From Diadema antillarum (Eukaryota): a DNA stretch of 64,000 bases. The notes under the pieces were generated by a model. It was not told the origin of the DNA. It was given only the letters and a program-made list of their open reading frames with translations, and did not search any database. The stretch is from contig NW_027272210.1 of assembly GCF_040938485.1 (NCBI RefSeq), positions 1 to 64,000 on the forward strand, in the 5' to 3' direction. Of the stretch, positions 24,401 to 36,400 are shown piece by piece; the stretch's first letter is position 1, and each line of letters starts with the position of its first letter. A program made the position numbers and the translations under genes.

Positions 24401-27400
24401 AAAGAACAAAAGCTAGCTATTTAAATAACATAATTTCCTTTAGCTCAAATGAAGAACAAGTGTGTGGTTTCCAAAAATGACAAAAGTCTTCCATATCAAT
24501 GGCACTAAAACTCACCTGTGACCTGATCTTGAGGTACCGATGGCTGGGGGTCAAAGGTCAGTTTGTATGGGGGTGCCTTCCTGTGCTTCAGCTGGGCCTC
24601 CTCCTCCTCGACACATGTTGGGTTGGTCTGGAGTCTCTCCAGCTGGAAACTTGTGGCTTCCCACACATCCCTGAGACCAGTCATAGCTGTATCCACCACT
24701 GACTCGCCCTTGACTGTGATCACAATCTAAAAAATATACGGGGTAATCACCCAATAGTTCAGGAAACAAAAAATCTGTAATGATGATGAAGGCATATCCT
24801 TTCTCAATCATAAACCACATTTCTAAGCAGTGCATATGTCGATTTTGTTGTCGTGTCACAAAGTACCAGTACATCATTTTTGATGATGTCCTATACAGTT
24901 TAAAAATAAGCTCCTTGGTTGCACAACATGTGTTTTCATGGGCATGATTTCCAACTAGTTTTCACAGTTTTGACACCTACAGCCAGACATACAATATATA
25001 TATAACTCCATGCTATGATGGGATATATACATATGAATACTGCATTTATCATTCAAAATGCTCCATTACACTTTCTTGTGCAATGCACTTGCATAATAAC
25101 TAAACAAAAACATACCTGAAATACTGCATATGGAATTTATATTTCACAGGGTTTACTTCTCATGAATTTTGCAAGTCGGGTGCTACTAGCACATTTCCCT
25201 AATAGTAACACACAACAGTAAATCTGATCCCAACATGAATGTGACGAACATGCGCACATTTCTTTGTTCATTACTGTATTCCACAATCGTGAATTTGACC
25301 ACTCATAAAATTTTCAGTAAGCCCTGATTTACAAAAAATTAGACTTGCTAAATATATGGTGAATACAATAACTCATAGGGATGACAAAGTACCTTTGGTG
25401 AGGATGCTTCTGCTACAGAGTAGCCAATGGCGGTGCAGGGTACATTCATGTCCGAGTACTTCTGACAGACCACCGCTGCATTCTCAGGCGCCACCTCCAG
25501 CACCAGTCCCAGCTCCTCTGCAAAGAGGTGTTCCAGCGTCGATGCTGAAAGTGGGATCAAATTGAGAACAGATATCCTCCTCTTGGATTCACTTTCAGAA
25601 TATCACCAAAGACTTCATTCACATTACTGGTGTGATTACCTCCAGTTTTGATATCCCTTCTCCTTATGACATAACATCATCTTCTTCAACACCTCTAGCA
25701 CTTTGCATTAATGAAGTCAAGACTATTGTGATTATCATTTCTCCATAATCACTTTGCAGTCATCTGCAACATCATTAACATTAATCATTGGTCACAAATA
25801 TTAGCACTATCATCAGTTCAGCAATAGTATGAGCAATTGCATTTTTTTTTTCAGACATGTTCTTGGTATATACACCTTTGTAATAAGAGTAGTAAGTTTT
25901 TGCATTTCCGCTTCACCAGATAAGTTCTGTCTGTACCCAAACATTTGAGAAATACTATTACTAAAATTTTGTGTACAAAACAAATAGAGAGCTGCTCAAC
26001 ACCTACATCACACAGAGTTGCCAACTTGTCTTACTCTCTAAACTTTAACAGTTCATAACGTTTTTAGTGTGTCTGATTTTTTTTTCCCAAAGATTTTCAC
26101 TGATCCACTTCTCTGATTTGTCTGCTTTTCAACAAAGCAACATAACATCAGGATGGAATATCGGGATGTGAATTATGAAACAAGAGCAGAATACACAAAG
26201 CACTCCATCAGAGATAAGTGGGACTTACATTTTGCAGAGAGATTGACTTCTATTCCACAGTTTCCTGCAAATGCCATTTCCAGGACACAGGTGACTAGTC
26301 CACCATCGCTGATGTCATGACCACCAGACAGAAGGCCACCTGGGTGGATAGAAGAGAAAGAAACAGACTCTTCAATGAAAGGTTTCAGTGGTGTAATCAG
26401 TGATGAAGACTTGGATAAAACTTTTTTTTCAGCTCAATCAGATAACATGGACATGGATAAATGGGACAAGAGCAAAAAAAAAAAAAAAAATCTCTTCCAT
26501 TCTTTTACTTTTTGTGCCAAAAAGAAAATGTCTTGGGATATACCAGAGACCTAATAATTAAGACATAGATAGGTAGACCAAGGGCAACTAAATTTTTCCT
26601 TTTTTTTTCTTATTTTCTTGCACTGAAAAAAAGTTATAGTTACTTAAAATTATATTCTAACTTTAGTCTCACAGTAATTTTCTTTTCCGCAATTTCCCAG
26701 CTTATGTCACATAGTTTTCATGTGTGAGACAACAAGAATAGTACTGTATTTGGTGGTTCTTGAAAACATTAAAACAGACCTCAACTTGCAAACATAAATA
26801 GAAATTTTATTCATGCAGTACTGCTACAAAGGTTTAAAAAGAAATTAGGTGTTACATGACACCTATGACAAGCTATCTACTCAGGATAGAGACTTTGCAC
26901 AAACCTGCAATCAGGTCCTGGGTTACATTGAAGGCGTTGACCAGCAGGGCAGCATCGTCGACATCAGGGACGACATCGCCAAGCTGGCTGTAGCACTGGC
27001 CCAAGGCTGACCCTCCCAGCCGCCTGTGGCCACAGCTCAGGTCAACATATAGCAGAGTGCCTGCAAAGAGGACAATAAGACACCCTCTCAGTCCCTCCCA
27101 GTCTATTTCATGTTGCAATGGCAAACATCCATGAAACATTTCTACATCCTCTGGGACTACAGAGTATCAACAAAATCTTACAAAGGAACTACAGGTTAGT
27201 TCACAAAAACAAAATGTACAATATACACCTTTTTATGCATGAAAGGAGGATTGGTAACTACTCTATATGCCAATTATGCTATATGCTAATTATTAAGGAA
27301 TTTAACAACAGGCCAAAATGCTTACTCTGATCCCAACACGAATGTGATGTGCACAAGTAAATTTGTCCATTCATTATTATACTCCTTGATCACGAATTTA

Positions 27401-30400
27401 ATCACTTGCAAAATTGTTTCTTGATTCGCTAAAAATTAAACTAATTAAACATATGGAATATGCAGTTACCTATATACAAAGTAAGTTTAAGGTGATTAAG
27501 ATTCTTTTTCTTTCATGACAGTGTTTCAACTTCTTTTTGGTGGTAAATATTGAGAATTCCTTTTGTTGTTGTTGCTGTTGTTGTTGTTGTTGTTGTTGTT
27601 GTAGTCGTCTTCATTGTTGTTGTTGTTGTGGTGGTGGTGGTGGTGAAAGAGGAGGAAAGCCATCAATTTTGTTATATTCTGTAATTCTGTTAAAAGCTTC
27701 ATCACTACCAACAACTAAAAAATAGCAATATCATATAGAAGTGTTAATCTTGACCTCCTAAACACATTTCTTCATCACAAACTAACTGAACATCAAGCCA
27801 CCTTTTCCTGCTGGGCACTTCAGATCTGGTGTCACAGTGGCTGTGATGTCAGGGCAGCCAACATACGTGGATATAACCAGGGCTCCTATGACAGTGGAAA
27901 GAAACAAACGCAATGATAAAGAAAGGTAACAAAGGTATGACAGATGAATCGCATTTCCAGTTCACATCATATCTAATCCCTTGAGGATGGATTGATTTTG
28001 CTACAACAAACAATTCCCACAGTCAACCGCCCGAGTATACTCAGGACTCGTCCTCAACAGGTTAAGAGCCAGTCATTTTATCCACAAGTCTTGTCACAAT
28101 ACAGCTTTCTATTGCATCAAAGATACCAATGAAAAGTCAATATTCTGGAACATTCAAACTGCTTTAAGTTCATCATCAATCAAAAATGCACCGGCCTTTC
28201 ACATTTCAAGTAACGGTTACCTTATGAAAGGTCAAAGATAAGGCAACATAAACATATTTCAATTCATAACAAACAAAGGATACGATATTGATGTACATAT
28301 CACAGTGACTGGACCTCTTTCATAATTTGACCCATTAACATTATTTTAGACTCCTAAAAATTACTAGACTTTTGAAGAAAGTTACCCATACTAGATTTGT
28401 TTGATATCTTTTGTGCAACATCAAACTACTTTGTCAAAACTTTGTTTCAGGAACGTTTTCATGGGACCTACACAGCTTTCTGCTACTAACATGCAAAAGA
28501 TGGTCACCCCTTGAACACATGGGGTGCCACATCCAAAAGCCCATTTCATTTTAGAAAACATAATCGCACTTTGGCGCTTTGCGCAAAATTGCTGCATTTA
28601 CCCAAATTGCTTGAGTTTGACTGACTGTTGTCTCATGGCATATATCAAAATTCCAGTTACTGCCGCACTGCAATGTCTCAAATTGCTTGAATCTGACCAA
28701 TTGTTGCCTAACTGCATATATAAGAAGTTGCAATTGCTGTGATGCACAATTCAAGATGGGTCTCTGGCTATTATAAAAGACAGGTGTCTCCCTCCCTGCA
28801 GCCTCACCCTTCCCCCTCCCCAGCACACCCCCCCCCCCCCCCCCCCACCATTTTCTCACCTGGAGCTTTCACAGTCTTGCCCTCCACCCTGGCCGCCATG
28901 CTCAGGGAGTCCTTGCCACCGTCCACAGCGATGCCCAGCTTGGCCATCAGCTCACACATGGCCTGGCAGGCATCATAGAGGGCGGCACCCTCACCTGGTA
29001 GCTTTGCCGGCCACATCCAGTTCCCGCTGCACTTCACATCCTATGCAGACAGACAGTGTAATGATTGTATCACTATTAGTGCATGTATATATAAATGTAA
29101 ATACTTTGTCGCCAGTTGTTGGGTCCCTACACTGGCTGTACGCTATGTGCCAATGAATGTGGTGATCTTATGAACCCACATGCAATACATGGAGGTCAAG
29201 CAGGGTCACACTTTTGGTGTCAATGCACTTCAAGTAATATGGAGTTACTGTGCAGCAGACACAGGCAGAGTGTATATGTGGTAATCATATCTAATTTTTC
29301 CATTCTTACCATGACTAAAACACTGTCAATTCACAACAGAATTACATTTTCAGAGCTTACAACTTCATATTTCTTTTTCTATGTGTAACAACTGCTGAGA
29401 AAATATACAACACTATGGTACTTTGGAGATAGATAAAGTACTCCATGTTTCTTGCCAACGATCAAATTAAAGAAAGACAAGATAGCGCAAGTGGTGAGTA
29501 GATCAAAGTTTCTGACATATTAATTATGTTTTCATTGAAAAATTTACCAATCTATGAGATTATGCCGCAGAATTCATCTAGATCTACATCTACACACTAA
29601 AAGACAAATTGTTACCCCCTGCTTGTTCTCACGAAATACAGGAAATAGCTATGGTCTGATGTTATGTTCCATTCAGCCTTTGGCCTCATGGAATATAGAT
29701 AAAGTGAACAAGCAAGGGTAACTGCATGTAATGATACCATACAAAAAAAAAAAAATAAATAAACAAATACATGTCACATCTGGGCCCCATTTCATAAAAA
29801 GTTGATATGATAGCAACTCTTGCTGGAATGGCAATTGTCATGGTAACAACAAGAATCCAGCTTCCTGATTGGCTGTTACTATTGTAAGTTGCCATTCCAG
29901 CAAGACTTTTTTCTTTTTATGAAATGGGGCCCTGGTTCTCATAATCCATGGGTTAATATGTACAATATTTGAATTGCCTTTGCAATGATGAATTGACACA
30001 ATGGAAAAGTAACTATGATGAAACGCTCGACCACTGGGCCTTACCTTCAGTGCTGTGACTCTGGCAAAGACCAGATTAGTCAGGGACTCGGCCACTGCCA
30101 TCCGGGCGCCTGCTGCCGCATCCACCAATCCCTTGATGGGCTGCTCCCCTATGGCCGTCGCCCCGCCAACCGTCTCAAAGTGCGAGAGAGCGGTGACGGC
30201 GACGTCTGCCAATGGGGTGTGGAGCGGTCCCACACACTGCTGCTGGGCAACCAGGCCCGTCACAGAGCGATCAACCTGCAAATCGATCAGTCAGAAATGA
30301 AATGATAAAATACATCATCAAGAGCTGTTGCCAATAAAAATTAAAAAAAAAAAAATTATTTTCTCATTCCCACAGAACATTATCTTTACCCATCGAAGAT

Positions 30401-33400
30401 TATTTCCAAGCACACTCGGGCAGGTGTCTGTGAGAATTGTGTATTATAGCAAAATCATCTCATCCTCAACAGGTTAATTAATTGGTAACAGAGCATTACA
30501 TGCAACATGCGAGATGAACTTTCCCCCTAGCTCAACATGGAAACAGAATGTTTTTGAATTTCCTGTCATCCAAATATTTGAGTGCTTTGCGCATCCACAT
30601 GGCTCCAATCCATACAGAACTTCCTAGCAGTTACTGCAAGTTTTGATAGTTGTATTTACTAGAGTAAGATCATGAAGATTATCCTGCTTGCTCTCAAAAT
30701 GATTACTTTTCACAAACACGACAGGATTGATGGCTATCCAGAGACTCCAACTCTCCCGTTTTCGACGGGAGATCTCCTGCCGAAAGCCCATTTTTGCAAA
30801 ATCTCCCGTTCTCCCGCTTGAGATTTGATTTCTCCCGCCCTGGCTCTGTGTCTCCCGGTGGAAAGGATTTCTTACTTATTGCTATCGTATGTTGAAAAAC
30901 TAAGCCTTAAATAGCACCAGAGAACATCTAGAACCCTAGGAACTTTGCGCTTCGCACACATCAACTTGGAGTCTCCCGTTTGCTAGGGGTTTCGGGCGGG
31001 AGAATCTCCAGATCAGAAGGTGATTGGGGTTGGAGTCTCTGGCTATCACAGAGCACTCACATGACTAGAAAGTATCTTTCACTTTTCTGAAAGTCTCACA
31101 ACTCTATTTATCATCAACATGTCCCCACTGACATGCAATATGTTAATTCATCTTTCACATGTGACTTCAGAAAAGATACCAAAATAAAAGACGTCATGTA
31201 AACCAAAATATTTGTACTTATGGAACTTTGGGCAAGAAAAAGGAATTCTATGATGCAAATAAGAAATCTGTCTTGAAGAGAGGCATGTAGGACATCTTCT
31301 TTTTGGGAATTAGCACCTTGGCTGACAACATATGTAAACCCTGTGGACCTTTGCCAAATATTTAATTGGTAGAGTTCTTCTATTGCGTGGAATACCTTGT
31401 TGGTCAGATAACGCTTGCTTGCCACCGAGGGCAGTCTGAGGACGCGGTCCAGGGCATCGCTGACAGTCAGTCCACTGGGCAGATTGAGGGCAGCCATCGT
31501 TGGCTTGATCCGGTCCAGCTTAAAAACCTGTTGACCAATGTACCATACAATGACCAATATATTCAACATCTGCACAGTCCAGCTCCAATCCTCACAATTG
31601 CCTCTGTCTCAAGATCACACCACTGACCGGCACGATACGTGACAATTTTGCTGTTGGCCCCCAAGAAAATTGACCCGTTGAAGACGAGTCCCAAGAATAC
31701 TCAGAAAGGTGTCTATGGGAAATGCATGCTATAGCAAAATCTGTCCATCCTCAACGGGTTAAAATTGGGATAGCCTTCTCTGACTGATTGATGAAGCATT
31801 CGCAGCAACAGTGTAGGTCATCAAGTTTTCATTCTAACTTCCAAAAGAAGTGAAAAGCTCTGTGTACTAATCTTCATCTGGCCTCTATGAAATGAAATAC
31901 TGACCAATCTGCTGTAGAAGACATCCATAATCATTGTATCAAAGTATAAAGAGCTTTGAGACTGAAAGATTTTTACGTCTTGACAAATATGACTTTGTTT
32001 AAAACAGCTAAATACTGGGCAGCTACTATGCTCCTCTTCGTAACACATGGGTAAACATTGATGACTGAGGGATGAAATCTCCAGAAGGCACTTTTCGAAA
32101 TTGTCAACGAAAATGTTGGATTTCTCTACTACACTACCCAAAGGATCATGGATTTATTTATTCACATGTTTCTCCTCTACTTGATAGAGAGAACATGATA
32201 TGAATCCTATAAAATAGAGACAAATAAAAATCTAAGACCTTAGCTAGGGCTAAGGTTTAAACACATCTACTTTAATATGTGCATGACTGTTGGGGATACC
32301 AAAATAATGTAATCCATTTTGGCAGTAAAGTGTTGAGTAAGTAACAAACCTTCCTAGGCATTGAACCTAGCACCCACTCCAAGTCCAGGTCCACAGGATA
32401 CTGAACCACTCTGCTCTTCTTCGTGGGTGACTGACTGCCATCGCCGGATCCATTCATCAGCTCTCTTTTCTCATCCTCCAAACGGATCTACGCAACATGA
32501 TAGATGAGGGTAACATGTGTTGGTCTTAAACATGCTCAGTTCAACATGTTATGTTCTGTACACACTGCAATATTCCCATATCTATCTCACAATTTCAATT
32601 TAAAAACCTAAAACAGGAAGAAGTACAAGCATACACATAGTACGGCCACTGAATGCAGACTTTACAGATTTGTGTCACAGCAAACATATGATTTTCAATC
32701 ATCTACAAGTAAAATGCACAAATATACTTATTCTCTCATTTGCATCACTTTAAACAGAGATCTTTTGTCCAGAAATTGATAAGACAGATCTTTATTTCTG
32801 AATTTTATGACGGAAAAAAAAAATCATAATTAGGTAAAAACATTCAGATGTAGTAGCATTATTGATACTATTAAAACACTACAACACTTTATAGTGTCAG
32901 TTATGAGCCAAAACGGTAGAGTAACAGCGCAACTTTTCTTACCTGACATCTACTTTAGGGTGAAAATGTTAACAGAGTGAATGAAGTCTAGTGAGGAAGT
33001 GACAAATAATGTAAATGTAATATTGAAATCAATGTCACATTATCTTTTTTTTTTTAAATCAAATGGGTGTCTCTCTTTCAAGAAAAAACCCCACCTTTCC
33101 ATCACCCGTGATCTCTCCGACAAAGTTGACAGGGCATCTCTCCCTCCGGCACATGTTGCTTAGCAACCCATCATCTTCCTCTTTCACCAGGATGGCATTG
33201 CTCTCCTGGTACTCGGCCCCCCAGATCTCCAAAGTTGTGAGGGTGGGGTCCCCCAGCTGGAAGGCCTTGGTTCTGATCACGGCTCCGGCTGGCTCACAAA
33301 TCTCCTTCAGGACATTGCCTGGGGAAACAAGAAAGGCGATCCCTACACCATTACTGGCATTCTCTTTGGTGTACCAACTTTTCTCTCAGCAATTTTCAGA

Positions 33401-36400
33401 TAACAACTTAGACACACCCAAGTCTACTGCCAAGAGGAAGATTGTGGGCATTTTTTTATATTTGTATTATTTGGATTAAATCTTAATTTTTTGGGTAAAT
33501 GCTCAGGAACATCCATACTAAGTGCTTAAAGGACAAGTTCACCTTCATAAACATAAGGATTGAGAAAATGCAACAATATTAGTAGAACACATCAGTGAAA
33601 GTTTGAGGAAAATTGGACAATCGATGCAAAAGTTATGAATTTTTTAAATTTTTGTGTTGGAACCGCTGGATGAGGAGACTACTACAGCTTGTGAGTCATA
33701 TGCGTACAACAGTATAAAGAAAATATAAAAGAAAATTCAACATATTTTCAATTTTTTCGCATAATAAAAGAGCAATTGACTTGCCTCTTTCTAAAGGCAG
33801 GGGGAATAATATTACCCATAACATTTATCGGTAACGAGTCAGGGGAATGTGTACTTTTTTCAAAAGATGGAATTTTGTGAAATTCTCTTTATATTTTCTT
33901 TATATTGTTGTACGCATGTGACATCTAAGTTATTCATACACTGCAGTAGTCTTCTCATCCAGCGGGTACTGCAAAAAAACTTCAAAAATTCATAACTTTT
34001 GAACGGATTGTCTGATTTTCCTCAAACTTTCAATGATGTGTTCTAATAATATTGCTACATTCTCTCAATCCTTATGTTTATGAAGGTGAACTTGTCCTTT
34101 AAGAAATGTATTGTATTATCATTATCATTATCATTTCAGGATTTTGTCCACAGATGTAATCACTGGGTAGTTTTCACACACAATATTTCCTGTTCATAAG
34201 AGCAAAGTATTCTTAGGAGTGTATGACCACAAAGCTATATCATTCCTTTTCAAATGGTATGAAACAAGTAATCCTTGCACTTCATGCAGCATTTGATACA
34301 GCATGTGAAATCCATTTTTTTTTCTTCCTCTTCTATTTTTTGTTTGCAAATGAAGCTTGATCAAATCAAGATGACATGTATCAGAGTAGAATAAGCATAA
34401 ATCTGTGATGGACAACAGTGAAGAATAGCCACTCACAATAATGCTACACTGAGTGAAGAAAAAAGGTCACTTCCGAAAAGTGAGAAATTTCACTCATTGT
34501 CCGGATAGTGGCACAAACATGGTGCAAAATAGCAGATGAATGAGGCCAAATAGATATAGTTTTACTAACCATTCCCGCCTGCTCCCTGGTCATGGATGCT
34601 ACAGATAGGGTTCTTCTCTCCCATCTCAATGCAGGCTCTCACCACACGGTTCAGTTTCTGCTCCATCTCGGCATCCCCTCGCTGCACAGCCCCAAAGTCC
34701 AGATCCTCCGTGTTGTCCCCCTGCACCTGAATGGAAGAGGCCGCTCCCCCTCCAACTCCAATGCGGTACACTGGACCACCGAGTTTCACCACCTTCATTC
34801 CTAGGGGTGTGGGACGTGAGTTGCAGAGGGGTAAGAGGGGAAGACAGCAAGAGTAACACCATGTACATTTTGACAAGTCGTACCACATTCTCTCTTTACA
34901 AATGAACTCTTTTTCAAAATAAGTCAAATGCAGAGAAAGTTTATGAGCGTAAACATTCTCAACTACACAGCTTAGCCCAAATCAAACCTCAATGTGACAA
35001 TGCCTTGTTTGACTTTCATCATAGACAGGCGATCAGAATCTCAATTCCTGCAACAAATGTTATACTGCTTGCTCATCTTTTCCCAGTCACCCGCAAAGGT
35101 GGGAAAAAAAAAACTGAGACTGTGCAATGAGGCACTTTTAATCTGGAATTGAACATGGACATAAAGCAGGAATATTGTTGACTACACCATCACAATCCAT
35201 CACAATGAGAACTTGCTTGTACTGCATACACACACCAAGCATTAGCGCTAAACCAAATATGGCACGCTCATAAAGAGTATGAACGGTACTGCCTAGCAGT
35301 TGGCACAGAACACTCACCTGTCGCTGGTTGGTCTTTCTTGATGTGTCCCTCTTCCAGAGACCCGATACCCCCCGAGAACATAATGGGTTTCACCCACTCC
35401 CTTCTCTCGTCTCCACTGATGAGCATCCCGAAGGACCGGGCAAAGCCGGCCAGGACCGGCTCCCCAAACTTGTTACCGTAGTCCGAGGCACCATTGCTCG
35501 CTTCCACGGCAACTTCCAGAGGGCGGGCCATGTTGCTGGGATATACGAATGAGGGGTCCTCCCACGGTAGCTGATAGCCTGTGATCAGAATGTAATGCCA
35601 CATGACAAGGTGAAGAAGCATTGCAGAGGTAAGCTGCCGTCAGCATGACCAAACTAAATCTAATACGCAGATTATTAAAAAAAATCATGGTCAATAGACT
35701 ATGGATGGTTTGTGCACTGGGTTGGGGCACTAAACATTTTCAAGTCTTTCAAAAAAAACAAACATGCACGTTGACATGTTGTTCCAGCATGCACTGCTCA
35801 TCAACCCAGAACTTAAGCATAAACAGACAGAAAATCTGAAGCAGTTACAGAATCCCAAATACACCTGATAAAGAGAGACATAATGTGGACCTATTAAAAG
35901 TACTCCAGGACTTGCCTGCCATTCTTTTACATGAACAGATGTACATGCAGGAGAAGATTTGGTGCAGCAGACTTTGCTTTTGAAACTCACTTATGACCAT
36001 CATCAAAACTTAAACCTTAACAAGAGACCCGCGGGTCTAGCGCTCACCTGAGTATCGCAAGTTAACCTTTCACGCAGTCACTAATCTAAATTATTACCTA
36101 TACGAGGTAGTTTTGCGAGGCAATTACAGTTGGTATTTTGCAGGGTCGGGAGTTCAGCGGGCGACATTAGAGCATATCACGAGCATCCGGGGGTTTTACA
36201 TATACAGTGGACTCCTGTTATAACGAAATCCTCGGGACCGGCAGTTTTCTTTTGTTAGATCGGAATGTTGTTATAACTGAACAAATAAACAACAGAAATA
36301 CATATAGTGGATGACATTGCAGCTCAAATTTTTACTTCGTTATAACCAGAATTTTGTTATAACCGTGGTCGTTATAATAGGAGTGCACTGTAAAACAGGG

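Noticed and set aside
24517-24523. Alternative PFAS exon 19 donor CAG|GTCACA
   Set aside because: Phase 0 is incompatible with the phase-1 acceptor of exon 20; GTGAGT at 24515 fits.
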